NCBI RefSeq assembly: GCF_009914755.1
Contig: NC_060928.1
DNA: 64,000 bases
Reading direction: 5' to 3' (one strand)
Source of the DNA: the human T2T-CHM13v2.0 reference genome, Homo sapiens
Shown here: in pieces, positions 14,624 through 33,960 of the stretch
Layout: each line of letters opens with the position of its first letter
Numbering within the stretch: position 1 is the stretch's first letter
The notes under the pieces: generated by a model
The model's database searches: none
The model's input: the letters and a program-made list of their open reading frames with translations, nothing else
Told to the model about the DNA's origin: nothing
Made by a program: the position numbers and the translations under genes

Positions 14624-14980
<357 letters not shown>

Positions 14981-15531
14981 CTCCGCATTATTAAATATAG
15001 AACATTTATTTGATTCATCAGTTAATATTCTTCTTAAAAGTACTATTTTAATGTAGCAAGATTGCTTTCCACCAAAAGGTGGGGTTTCCACGGTGGGGTT
15101 TCCAAATTATTCTCAATGGGGTGAGGATGTGTGTTATCACACCCCCGAGCCATCAGATGCTGTCAGAAAGTGATCACTCTGAAGTCTTTGTTTCAAATAA
15201 GCACAGGGTTTGGATAAAGAGACGCAATTAGGAAAGGAAAAAGCAGAAGGCTCGTTCCAGACCTGGATGAGATCCTAAAAAGCAGCAGCTTTTGCCAGTA
15301 AAGATCCTTGAAATGATTCAATTACCCTCAAAGCACTCCTTGTCTCCAAGACAATCACTCATAAGCACAATTCCATTGAAGCCAACGTACCATTTTGTGA
15401 TTTTCGTTTCCACCTGAGGCTGTTCATTCAATAAACTCACATAAAAGTGTTTATTGCCTTGATTTCCAAATTCAGGCGTATTTCCTGGTAAGTAGAGCTA
15501 CTTGCCTTGCCTTTATGAGATTACCACCTAA

Positions 15532-15750
<219 letters not shown>

Positions 15751-16607
15751 TAAATGCTTATGTTTCTACATCGAGGAGACAGATTTTTAAAGGGAGATTG
15801 CTATTCTTAACACATTTCCATCTAACATTTTATAAAATTTAACATTAACAACTGGAAGATAAATTGTCTTTCAGTTGAAATATTGTTACAGAAAGAAGTG
15901 ATGGTGTTTACGCAATTTAGAAAAGAATAAATATGCCTCCAAGTGTAGACTTTCCAGCCTCTCCTATAGTCTCATATTAATGGTATGTTTCTTCTGTTTG
16001 TCTCAATTTTTACACTTCTTAAACATTTCACACTTTGCTTTTCTATCGATTATTAATTTTTGTCGTGCTTCTCAACAAACTGGAACTTCTCCCAACTATT
16101 TTATTAGAAAAAAATAAAATATTTAAAAAGATAATTTGAAAAAAAGTACAGTACAGTGATCCCCCTGCCACCACCAAAACCGCAATGTTTGCTATATTTG
16201 TACAGCAATATACAATATACAATACCTATATTTGTATACATGTTTAACCGTTTGAAATAATTTTAAAACATGACACTTTACCCCTAAATACTTCAGCATG
16301 CACTATCCTACACAAAAGACATACGAAATTTAACAAGAATTCCTTTATATTATTTCAGTTTTCCCTCAAATATAATTTATAGTAATTAACCAGAATCTTA
16401 CCAAGAGTCACTCACTGCATTGGGTGGTTTGTCAGGTTTAAAACATTTTAAACAGTCCACCAACCATTTGTATTCCCATCCTGAGCTTGAAAATTTAATA
16501 ATAAGCCTTTCTGTAGAATTAAGTTTTCAACATCTTTATTATTGCTACATTCACAGGCATTTATGTAGCACCCAGAACTTATAAAATTTACTATTCCAGA
16601 ACCTAGA

Positions 16608-16830
16608 GCAGGGATTGGCAAATGTCTTCTTAATAACGCAGAGTAAATATGTTAGGCTTTGTGGGCAAAACCCACAGTAAAGCCAAGGATATTATTTAAG
16701 TATTTATGTCACCACTTAAAATGTAACAATTTGAAAATATAAAAATCATTTTGTATAGCTAACAGGCTAAACAGAAACACACAGATTTTTGGTTGCATTT
16801 TACCAACAGGTCCTAGTTGACACATTCCTG
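16608..16830 (+). mobile_element. MER58-like hAT fragment, intron 3
   Basis: cagggattggcaaat...gtaaatatgttaggctttgtggg. Confidence 0.6.
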
Positions 16831-17040
16831 TTTGTTCCTATTAGAAAGGAGTATTACATGCAGTCTCTTAAGTGTAGGGATATTGAAGTAAAAAACAAAC
16901 TCAGAATCTTGCTAAGAAAATATTTGTTTTGGCATGAGATAAAGTAGTTTGTTTCCTTCTTTTTGGCTTTCTGTGTGCTGACTTTTAAGATCCATTATTT
17001 TAAAAACATAAATTCCTATTCATTAATATGTATTTTTTAA

Positions 17041-17238
<198 letters not shown>

Positions 17239-17428
17239 TGAAACACTGCTATGTGGAAATAAACCCCCTTAATGAAGTTCTTTCAGTGTAGAGTATAAAC
17301 TAGTATACATACATGCCTGCCCTCCAACACACTGTAAAAACCTCTTTACCTCATAGAAAGACATATCTTACTACCTCACTTCCCATCATTTATTTATATT
17401 CTTTCTATTTCCCAGCCTAAAATCTTAA

Positions 17429-17731
<303 letters not shown>

Positions 17732-17987
17732 TAAACGTATTAATCCAAATTGAAAGGAGCAAATATAAAGGTTGAAGTGACACTTGTCTTAATAGTGAAT
17801 AGATACTTGAATCAGTTAATTAGCGAAATAATCAGTGCAGTTAGGGAGAAGAGAGGCTAGGTCAGAAAATCAAAATGTGAATTTACAAGTCTAAAATTGT
17901 TACAGTGTAAGAAGGACATTGGCATTCTTTTACTGCTTCCATTCAAGAATAAGAATTTTGCAGATTAATATAACGAAAGACCTCTGA

Positions 17988-18254
<267 letters not shown>

Positions 18255-19186
18255 TGAGTGAGTCCCAGGACATTCGAGTGGTCGATGAAAAACAGAATCG
18301 TGATTTACTAAAAAGCTTTTGCCATCAACTTTATGCCAGAATTTATTTTGAACCCCTAAAAGACATTTCTATAAAAGTACTCCTAGTTTTCTTCATGAAA
18401 AATACACTTAAAGCCTAATTTGGATGCATTTCATTTATGGTAAGGAGTCTATCTTTTAATAACACTGTCAGAAAAATATATATACTTGGCTAATTTCAAA
18501 AGCGCTACACTTTTAAATTGGCACTTTTGAAACAGCTGCAATTGGTATGATTGTCAGTGCCCTTCCCAGTCTAAAAAATGTTACAGTCTAACAGAATAAA
18601 AATAAAAACCTACTCTCTCTCTCTCTAAATAACAGTTCCTTACCTAAGACAAAATACTCATGTAAAAAGTCTTATCCTGCTCCATACTGGATTTTGAAAT
18701 ATTTCAAGGATAAATCTATCACATAAGGATTTAAAAATTATCTGATCTCTAATAACCAAATCTGTGTTCTCATCTTTAAAAATTTACTAGGGAAATAGAT
18801 TATTAATTTGTATATTCAGAAATATTTGAGATGATTTAGATTTTCATAGTAAACTGCATTTATCTGGAATCAACAGAAAAGTGAAAAACATTCAAATTAC
18901 TAATACTTGCGTTTTAACATTGGATTTTAACATTCTGCTCTCCACATTCACAAAGAGGAGTGAACAGAAAGCAAACAAAGCATCAACGAGTTATTTCAAA
19001 AACAACAGTGGTGAAAAACACACACACCAAACCCCTAAATTCATGATTTGACTTGTAAGGCTTATCTTTAGCTCAGCTCAGACGACAGCTTTTATGTCTA
19101 AGACTTAACAGAATGTGAACTGCAAGACAAGAAATTGGAGGTTTCTAAGCAAGATAAAGTTAAGTCATTAAAAGTAAGAAGGACTT

Positions 19187-19514
<328 letters not shown>

Positions 19515-19582
19515 TCATTCATGCACTCTCCTTCTTCATGTGGTCACTCTCTCAAGCTGTCATTATACTGAAGAAGAAATAA

Positions 19583-19966
<384 letters not shown>

Positions 19967-20192
19967 TGAAACGGACCCAAAGATCTTTACCTTCTTCATG
20001 TGATAGATTTCATCATGTCCTATACAGTTAGATCCTCTATTTAAATTTCCAGTTTAAAATAATCATGCCATTTTCTTCTAAATAAAAAAAAATTAAAAGA
20101 TCTTGGGATACACTTAAATTTTTTAATATGGAATTTACACATACTGTGACCGGAATTTTCCTGATAGCTGGTGAATTGAGTCCCTGACATAG

Positions 20193-20369
<177 letters not shown>

Positions 20370-20477
20370 TAAGGAGTTAACAAGTAAGGATAATTTGTTA
20401 TCTTCTAAAAATAGCTGATCAAAATCCATCATTAAAAATTCCAAGTAACTAAAAATTTACTCTAAATGTCAGTATAG

Positions 20478-20908
<431 letters not shown>

Positions 20909-20909
20909 T

Positions 20910-21430
20910 AAATTTTAGGTACAGGTACAGTTGTGTTACATGGATATACTGTGTAGTGGTGAAGTCTGGGCTTTCAGTGTAGCCAAATAGTATACATTAT
21001 TCCCATTAGATAATTTCTCCTGCCTCACCCTCCTCTATCCTCCCAACTCTCTGAGTCTCCAATAGCTTTCATTCCACTGTCTCTGTGCCTGTGTACACTT
21101 TATTTAGCTCCCACTTAAAAGTGAGAATCTACAATATTTGACTTTCTGTTTCTGAGTTGTTTCACTTGAGATAATAGCCTCCAGTTCTATCCATGTTGCT
21201 GCAAAAGATATGATTTTATGATTTTTTTATGGCTAAGTAACATTCTATAGTATATTCTATACACCACATTTTCTTTATCCATTCATTTGCTGATAGACTC
21301 TTAGGTTGATCCATATCTTTGTTATTGTGAATAGTGCTGCAGTAAACATGTGAGTGTAGGTATCTTTGTGACATGATTTTTTTTTCTTTCTTTTCCTTTG
21401 GCTATGTACCCAGTAGTGGGATTGCTGGAG
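20910..21430 (-). mobile_element. L1 3'-end (L1MA-like), antisense, intron 7
   Basis: tttagctcccacttaaaagtgagaatc...ccatgttgctgcaaaagatatgatt. Confidence 0.85.
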
Positions 21431-21758
21431 GTCTCCACCTTGGCAAAGGGGCAGTTGTCTAGTTCTAAATGAAATGAAGAGATTCCATTTCCATTTCATG
21501 ACAACTAAAAGACAATTCAGTCCAATGCTTTGTTTAAAATAATTGAACCAGGAACAGAAAGAGCTGAAAATGTCAGTGAAATGTCAAACCCAAAGTGGAG
21601 AGAGAGAGAGAGGTGGAAATGAATGTCTCCATCAAGTGGGTTAGGGTGGTGGTGGAGGGAGGTTTGAGAATTGAGTCCCTGTTTCCTTACCAATGGAAAT
21701 TAACATAGGACATCAGAAACAGCATGGAAAATTTCTTTGATTATCAAAAGTACACTAG

Positions 21759-22091
<333 letters not shown>

Positions 22092-22359
22092 TGACAACAT
22101 TCACTTAAACAAGCAAACAAATATCCGTAAAATTAAGTCAGCTTTAAAACCTGGCTTGTATATATCTCTGAATTGGAACTCTCAGAGCCCTCAGCACTTG
22201 CCTGATTGGCCTCCTGTTGATGAAAAGTTGTCCTCCAGACAACTCAGCCAAGGGAGGCCCTGTGTGCCTTGCCTATCACATGAGCCTCACTTTCCACTGA
22301 GTGAGGCTGTCATTTCAGAAGCGCCGGGTCTGTCACATGAAAATATATCTGTTACCATC

Positions 22360-22890
22360 ACTTACTAAACAAATTTAGTAGAATTTGTTTGGTGCTTATT
22401 ATGTATCAGGCATTGTTCTGAAGGCTGGGGATACCATTTAGTGAACTAAATCGACAAAAACTTTGCCTATTGGACCAGAGTGGAGATGAGAGAGAAGTGA
22501 CCAGATCGATCTGTGTTATCAGCAGACAGCCAATAAGATTTGCTGATAGGTTGGACCACGGATTGTGAAGGAGTCAGTGATAGCACCAAGACTTTTGGCC
22601 CAAGGAACTGGAAAGATGGAAATGTCAATGACAGAATGTGGAGGATTTCGCAAGCAGCAGAGTGTAGGAGAAGCAATGCCCTTGGCTCATCTAGGGCAAA
22701 GGGTTGAATTGGCAACTGGAAATAGAAGTCAAATTCAGAAGAGAGGTTTATGTGGACATCTGTGTTTAGGTGTCACCAATATACAGCTGATACTTTTTAA
22801 AAATCTAGTGAAATTATCAAAGGGTTAAATGCAGAGAGGGAAGAAAGTAGGTCCAAAGATCAAGCCTTGGGACATTGGAAGTTTAGAAAT
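22360..22890. mobile_element. L2 fragments, intron 7
   Basis: gcaccaagacttttggcccaaggaactggaaagatgg; tatgtatcaggcattgttctgaaggctgggga. Confidence 0.6.
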
Positions 22891-23082
22891 AAGAAAGATG
22901 TCATTGTCACTTGTAATTTTGTGCTAGTCACTGCTCTTTTTCTTTGTCTTATTACCTTACTGACCAATTCCTAGAATAGGAATAACACATTTGATCTTTA
23001 ATACAGTATGTGATAGGAACATGGCTTCTATAAGCCCAAACTTGGCAATTTAAATTTAAATTTATTAAAATTAAATAAAACT

Positions 23083-23376
<294 letters not shown>

Positions 23377-23935
23377 TTTTAAATAAAACTAAAAATTCAC
23401 CTTCCCAGCTGTGTTAGCCACATTTCAAGTGCCCAATAGCCACATGTAGTTGGCAGTTACTGTATTGGATGGCACAGGCATAGAATATTTCCATCACTGC
23501 AGAAAGATCTATGGACAGTCTTGCTCTAGACTGTGATTTTGTCTACTTAGGAAAAGTCACTCTTTTCCAGGAAGATGCTTCCAGGGTGTGGAGTAAACGA
23601 CGGACTTCACCCATCTCCTTATAAACCTATTGCAACCCTGGATAGGAGGTTTCTAGGTAGCATGAAGACTCTTGAATCTTTAAGATAGGCTGGGAGTGTT
23701 GAAAGGAAGGAAATGAAAAGGGAAGATACTAGGAAGACTGACAATAGAGCAAGCTCAGAAAATTTTTATGGAGGTGATTTAGTTAGAAAATTTGTCTGCA
23801 ACCTAAGGGCCATGGAGTGTGACTCCGTGGTTTATGGGTGTAACTCCGTGGTTTATGAAGAGTACTTTCAAAATAGGAAAATCTTCACAACTAAGTGCTA
23901 GCATGAGCTGACTTTACTTTCTCTAGGTGCTGTAA

Positions 23936-24127
<192 letters not shown>

Positions 24128-24183
24128 TGAGAGTGACCAGCCCCGAGGAGGCTGATACATGCTGAGGGAGGGTCTCACTCTGA

Positions 24184-24366
<183 letters not shown>

Positions 24367-24415
24367 TAAGCCATATGAAGGGTTATGCAGACACCCTTGT
24401 CCCGTCTGCCTGTGA

Positions 24416-24577
<162 letters not shown>

Positions 24578-24823
24578 TGAAAAAATATAGCTGAAGGAAT
24601 TATTCCATGCTTCATACATCACAATCAAGACTGTCAGTTATAGCCACAGAAGGGAGAACATTCAGGAAATAACAAATTTTGCAATTTTCTATTATTTTCA
24701 CTCCTGTCACTCAAGCTGACCATGTTTTAAAGGTAAATATTGAGGCTTGACTAAACTGTACATTGCCTAGTATTAACTAAATATATGCTTTAATTTGACA
24801 CATTTATACACCTGGCATTTCTG

Positions 24824-25138
24824 TTTTCTTTCTTTCTTTTTTTTTTTTTTTTTTTTTGAGACACAGTCTCACTCTGTTGCCCAGGCTGGAGTGCAGTGAT
24901 GTGGTCAGTGTTCACTGCAGCCTCTGGCTTGAACTCCTGGACTCGAACAATCCTCCCACCTTAGCTCCCTGAGTAGCTGGGGCTACAGGCGTGCACCACA
25001 ACACTCGGCTAATTTGTTGTAGAGATGGGATCTTGCCATGTTGCCCAGGCTGGTCTTGAACTCCTGGGCTCAAGCAATCCTCCCGCTTTGGCCTCCCAAA
25101 GTTCTGGGATTACAGGCTTCAGCCACTGCACCCAGCCA
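24824..25138 (-). mobile_element. Alu (AluJ-like), antisense, intron 10, TSD ctggcatttc
   Basis: TSD copies at 24812-24821 and 25142-25151. Confidence 0.92.
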
Positions 25139-27029
25139 CAACTGGCATTTCCTAATGAGACCCAGACTCTGCCAACACTCCTGTTATCAAGGCCAGTAAT
25201 CTTTCCTATTATCCTTTGTAAGGGAATTATCGATCAGCACTTTGGTTAGTCAAATTACTAATTTTCTTCCAAAAATTGTGTATCTATTCAAGAAATACTG
25301 GAGCACCTCCTTTTTAGGGTCTTTATTCAGATTCCATGCAGGGTTCTGGAGACTTAGGGATTGGCAAAGGTTAAGGTAAAACTTTACTAGTAACAATGAG
25401 TGTGGTAGGATGGAAATAAGTGTTTAGATTACACGAGACCTGTAATAACATAAAAGTTACAATAAAAATCCAACCAGCAGTGTTTCCATCCCAGTGGCCA
25501 ATTTCTGAGCATAGTCACGAGAGATGCTTTGTAGGCAAACAGAATTGTTCTAAGGGACAAAATCCCCAACAGGAAAGAACACACCACAAACACTCCTGCT
25601 TAAATTACCATAGTAACTTAGGATGGCTTTACTATATATTGATTTACATAAAGCTGCATGTTCTTATACTGTTTATTGCCAAATGTCCAATATTACAATA
25701 CACTATAAGGTGCAACTGAGATTTAATGAATAAAATGGAAGTAACAATCCTGCCTCGTGATAGTTTTAGAAGCACAAAAACATTCTGTGTCAGATTATCT
25801 GCTGTACCGAGAAGGCGAATCAATCCTTAATTTCTGAGAACTTGTTTTGTAGAACATAAAGACGTTATATTGCCTCCAACACTGGTATCCTAACTAACAG
25901 ACTATGCCTTCCTAGAGCTTAGAGGCGCTCCGATGAAAATCTCTGGATGGCTCAAGACTTCTTAAAAAGCAAGTCAATTACGTCGTATCTCATACATTCT
26001 GTTTTCCTCACAATAAATTTCCCTAAGACAAGAAGGAGCATTCGGCACCATTCTGTTGTCTTTCTTCTACTTCTAAGCGTTAGAAGGGACACTTAGCAAA
26101 TGTTGCTGTTAAGTAATGTTGACATGGTTTAATAAAATGGGAATGAGCACGTATACCTCAATACATTGCAGACTGCATTTTCCCCCTTCCTTCTTCATTA
26201 TGGTTTTCTCTGTTGGATTTATAGACTCTGGCCTGTAGAAGTTACAGAATATGCCAGGTATAGATTGATAGCTACAGGAGAAAATGTAAGATAAAGGAAA
26301 ATAAAGTCTTACGTCTTTTCAGTGCAACTTTGGAGGGAGTGAATTAGATAACTAGGTTTTTACTGCGCTGTATTTGATGAAATAACCCCCTAATGTGAAA
26401 GGGAATAGCTGCGTGAGATATTTATGGTGCCTTGTCTGTCACTGGTCTACAATGTAACTTAACTTTCTGAAGATAGATAGCAGCACCATTAAAATAAACA
26501 TTTCTTACCACAAAATATGATTCTAAACACATATTTTCAGCATTTCGTTTAAACTGAGAAACAGCATAGGATGAACCTCAAGGCCTCTCACCTGGACCTT
26601 GAGTTATTTCTAAAATATCTTAGTTACTATTTACCTATTAATTTTCCTAAAATTTACCTTTATGACGCTTCCCACCTTGCAGAAATTCCAGAATAGATGG
26701 CCCTCCAAAATGAATGTTCACCCTTCCGGCTCTAAAATGAGAGCCTCTGTTCAGGCTTCCGAAGTCACATCGTGCTCGTTCTCACCTCAGTTGCTGTTAG
26801 CTGCTGTTTCCTTCCGAACTCCTTCTCTCATCCTCTCCTCCTATTTGAAATCTGCCCCAGAATTATACACTCATTTTCCTACCAAGGAAAAAAAGGCCTA
26901 GAAAGGTTGTTTTACACCCACAAAACTAGTGAATGGACCTTCTAGGACCCGGCTTCTCATCAGTGATTCTTCTGTTAACTTAGACTCCTCCCTTAGCTCA
27001 GGACGCGGAGCCTTCTGAGCACCTGAGCC

Positions 27030-27790
27030 TGGTTATTCTAAATGTGATCTGGGCACAGCACATTGACATCACCTGGGAGCTTGTTAGAAAGAATTTCAGG
27101 ACCCACACAGATGTTACTGAGTCAGAATCTGCATTTTGAAAGCTACACAGGCAACCCACAGGCACATAAATTTTGAGTCGCATAGGTGTGTGCGTGTGTG
27201 TGCGCATGTATGTGTGCGTGTGTTTGTGTGCACGTGTGTGTGTGTGTGTGTCTAGAATACTGCTGTCTACGAACACCCTATTCCCATCCATCTGTGTTCC
27301 ATGGCTCCAACCGGGAGGGTGGGTTCTTGTGTCGGGCATCCAGTAAGTAGAAATAGAGGGCACTGTCCTGTCTAGGCAGCCCCAAGAGAAAAGAAACAGA
27401 GGGATGAGCCTGAGTCAAAGTCCCTGAAAAGTACCAAGGACCCCAGAGAATCCCAAACTGTCAACAAGGCCAAAGGTCAGAGGAAGTTCATAGCAGATCA
27501 GTCTTACTTTGGACGTGGGTGGAGCAGGAGTGACTGGGATCATGGTCAGCAGAGTCACTGGGACAGGGCAGGAACTGGACAATGGCTGCAGCCTGCGGGC
27601 AAGGTGCTTGCCTTTTCTTTCTAAGAGCAGTTCTCAAACGCCAGCAGGGCTGGTTCAAACACAGATGGCTGAGCTTCCAGGCTGGAGTTTCTCATTCACT
27701 GGATCTGAGGTTGGGCTGAAGAATGTGCATTTCTAACACGTTCCCAGGTGACGCTGTTGGTCTGGGGACTGCACTTGACAACCACTGGTT
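27030..27790. mobile_element. MER5A-like fragments (~27030-27160 and ~27625-27790) with a (GT)n tract at ~27186-27251
   Basis: catcacctgggagcttgttagaa...tcagaatctgcattt; gcatttctaacacgttcccaggtgacgctg. Confidence 0.7.
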
Positions 27791-28043
27791 TAAAAACACC
27801 ATTCACGTTATCATTTGAAGGAGGGTAAGACAGCCTTGTAGTACCACACAAGGAGGGCTACATTCTTAGGGGTGTGTAATTACAAGATGACTTAGTCAAT
27901 TCCATTTTTCATGTGCATGTTTTGCTTTGGCAGCTTGATTATAAAGTCTCTGTAACTCAGGGTCATGATAAACTATTGACTTGAGGAAAGGTTTTCTTCT
28001 TGTTCCTGAAGGAGCATAATTACTGATGGAAAGGAAGATGTAG

Positions 28044-28361
<318 letters not shown>

Positions 28362-28648
28362 TAATTGCTTCAGTGGTAAAAAACGCAAAAAGGAAGAGCT
28401 CATGGTCTCCCAGCATCAGAACAGGTGCAGGTACAAGGCTGCTTGACTGCCTGCTATTCCGCTTCCCATTTAACCGCATTCACATCCCCAAGGGCCTTCA
28501 TGTTATTCCCTGCAAGAGCATACCTCCCTCTGTGCCTCGCTCTGTGCACTGTGCCCGGAACTAAACTCACAGAGGATTTACCATTGTCTGAATCAAATTT
28601 CTAATATGTGTGTGTGTGTGTGTGCGTGTGTGTTTAAATACAGAAAGT

Positions 28649-28950
28649 GGCCAGGTGTGGTGGTTCACGCCTGTCATCTCAGCACTTTGGGTGGCTGAGG
28701 TGGGAGGATTGCTCAATGCCAGGAGTCTGAGGTCAGCCTGGGCAACATAGTGAGACCCCGTCTCTAAAAAATATTTAAAAACTAGCCTGGCATGGTGTTT
28801 TGTGTGCCTGTAGCACCAGCTGCTCAGAAGTCTGAGGTAGGAGGATTGCTTGAGCCCAAGAGTTCAAGGGTGCAGTGAGTTACTACAGTGCCACTGTGCT
28901 CCAGCCTGAGCAACAGAGCAAGACCCTATCTCTAAGTAAATAAATAAAAT
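28649..28950 (+). mobile_element. Alu (AluJ-like), sense, intron 11, TSD aaatacagaa
   Basis: Alu consensus; preceded by (GT)n at 28607-28632. Confidence 0.92.
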
Positions 28951-29305
28951 ACAGAACGAGTTCGGTATGCATCCTCACATTGGATTCCTTACTTAGGTCA
29001 CTTTCAGCATTGGCCAAACAAAAAGGCTCCAGCTGGGGGTATATATATTCCAGGGAAGTTAAGTTGGCCAAACTTTCCGTTTGCTACTTCAGTATCCTCC
29101 GAGTTGTTTCCAGACACAGTTTTGTGTGCTTTTTAGTTTTGGTTTTCTTTTTTAATCAATCTGCAGCACACTCATGTTAAACTCAAGAACACATGTGAGG
29201 CCAAGAGTTCCCGTTACCTGTCACATATGGGAATGGAGTAGCAGAAAGCCTAGTTTCTGTCACAGCTAGTTACTGGCGAGATTGAGACTGAGTCCAGCGG
29301 TCTTC

Positions 29306-29392
29306 GTGTGTGTGTGTGCGTGTGTGTCTGTGCAGTGTGCGTGTGTGTGCGTGTCTGTGTGTGCGTGTGCGGGTGTGTGCGTGTGTGTGTGT
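29306..29392. repeat. Imperfect (GT/GC)n tract, intron 11
   Basis: Directly visible alternating purine-pyrimidine run. Confidence 0.93.
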
Positions 29393-29585
29393 TGGAGCAC
29401 GGAGGGAGTGCTCATTCATTTTTTGTGTATAATGGATTTTCTTTATAGGGTGAATATGTTTTTTATCCCGAAAAATCTTAGGATAAAATCACTTTTTTCT
29501 ACCTAAATGTCCATCATTGGCAGAAAATATTAGTAATAATTAAACAGCCACACACTTCACAATGTCTGGGAATTATTTTTAGTAA

Positions 29586-29873
<288 letters not shown>

Positions 29874-30297
29874 TGACCCTGCCAATCTCTCCATGCGTTA
29901 TCATCATGAAAGGGAGAGGGCCTGGAATGCTAGTCATTCACTCTGCTAAGGCTGACACACTTTCCTGGCTATTGAAACTTATTTTGGGAATGTGGGTAAA
30001 GAGATACGTTTTCCTGAGTCTTCTTCAGGTGCATAGAATGACATAATTTCATAATACTTTGGAATAGTAAAGATAATTTAGTCTAAAGATAATTTATTAA
30101 AGATAATTTAGGGATGAAGGATTGAAGGTTAGAACAATTAAGCAACTTGTGCAGGATCAAAGTGAGTTGGATGAGGAGTTAGCGGTGAGGGTGAGGCTTG
30201 TCTCTCTCTCGCCCTCTCATCCTGGCACATGTGCGATATCGTGCTGAACCTGAGGGAGGAAAATACACGACAACAAGGCAAAAAATGAATATAGTAA

Positions 30298-30525
<228 letters not shown>

Positions 30526-30897
30526 TAGAAATGAAGAGCGGAACCTTTTCTGCCCTGTCAAGTCATGTAGCTGAAGCACAACTCGAGTCACACTACTCAG
30601 TTGCAGGAAGCGGATTAATAAAGATGGAGAGGCAAAAATCACCCAAGTGAGGCTGGTGCCTCATATGTTTGATTGGAAATTTTAAATGTGACTAAATCTC
30701 TTTAAAGACTAATTATATTTAATGAAGTTTAATGTGAAGCCTAGCACTTTTCAGTAAATGTTCTAGCCTGCTATCCAATTACTTTCTTGGGAAGTCATTC
30801 CAGTTAGAGTCATAATTAATTTTTGAACTTAATTAACATTAACAAAATGGTACACGCAATAGTGGGAATAATGTCTTCTTCATACTTGTAATTATAA

Positions 30898-31256
<359 letters not shown>

Positions 31257-31271
31257 ATGATTTTTATTTTA

Positions 31272-32194
<923 letters not shown>

Positions 32195-32435
32195 GCTTAA
32201 TGCATTTTAAAAAGCAGTCTTCTGCCAATGAGCAGGGAACACAGTGTATTTGTTTGACTTAGACTGAAATCAAAAGCAAGGAGATTGACTGGATGAACGC
32301 AAGCACCCAGGTTCTCTGCAGTATATTAAGGGGCCAAGACAACATTTTAGGCAAAATCAGCCTGAGCAAGATGTGCTGAAGATGGGAAGCGTCTGAGTTG
32401 ATCTGTGCACCTTTTCTTGTCTCCCCTCGTTCTAG

Positions 32436-32597
<162 letters not shown>

Positions 32598-33664
32598 ATG
32601 GGTTCCCAGGGGCCATTGGAGTCCCTGAAGGACCCAGGATTTGCTGGGAGAGGGTGTTGAGTTCACTGTGCCAGCATGCTTCCTCCACAGTAACACGCTG
32701 AAGGGGCTTGGTGTTTGTAAGAAAATGCTAGAAGAAAACAAACTGTCACAAGTTGTTATGTCCAAAACTCCCGTTCTATGATCGTTGTAGTTTGTTTGAG
32801 CATTCAGTCTCTTTGTTTTTGATCACGCTTCTATGGAGTCCAAGAATTACCATAAGGCAATATTTCTGAAGATTACTATATAGGCAGATATACCAGAAAA
32901 TAACCAAGTAGTGGCAGTGGGGATCAGGCAGAAGAACTGGTAAAAGAAGCCACCATAAATAGATTTGTTCGATGAAAGATGAAAACTGGAAGAAAGGAGA
33001 ACAAAGACAGTCTTCACCATTTTGCAGGAATCTACACTCTGCCTATGTGAACACATTTCTTTTGTAAAGAAAGAATTTGATTGCATTTAATGGCAGATTT
33101 TCAGAATAGTCAGGAATTCTTGTCATTTCCATTTTAAAATATATATTAAAAAAAATCAGTTCGAGTAGACACGAGCTAAGAGTGAATGTGAAGATAACAG
33201 AATTTCTGTGTGGAAGAGGATTACAAGCAGCAATTTACCTGGAAGTGATACCTTAGGGGCAATCTTGAAGATACACTTTCCTGAAAAATGATTTGTGATG
33301 GATTGTATATTTATTTAAAATATCTTGGGAGGGGAGGCTGATGGAGATAGGGAGCATGCTCAAACCTCCCTAAGACAAGCTGCTGCTGTGACTATGGGCT
33401 CCCAAAGAGCTAGATCGTATATTTATTTGACAAAAATCACCATAGACTACATCCATACTACAGAGAAAAAACAATTAGGGCGCAAATGGATAGTTACAGT
33501 AAAGTCTTCAGCAAGCAGCTGCCTGTATTCTAAGCACTGGGATTTTCTGTTTCGTGCAAATATTTATCTCATTATTGTTGTGATCTAGTTCAATAACCTA
33601 GAATTTGAATTGTCACCACATAGCTTTCAATCTGTGCCAACAACTATACAATTCATCAAGTGTG
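32598..33664 (+). other. F11: F11 3' UTR (long form; a short form probably ends near 32763)
   Basis: Follows the stop; I see no canonical AATAAA in it, only AACAAA at 32737-32742 and ATTAAA at 33145-33150. End points are from recall of the cDNAs. Confidence 0.6.
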
Positions 33665-33665
33665 A

Positions 33666-33960
<295 letters not shown>

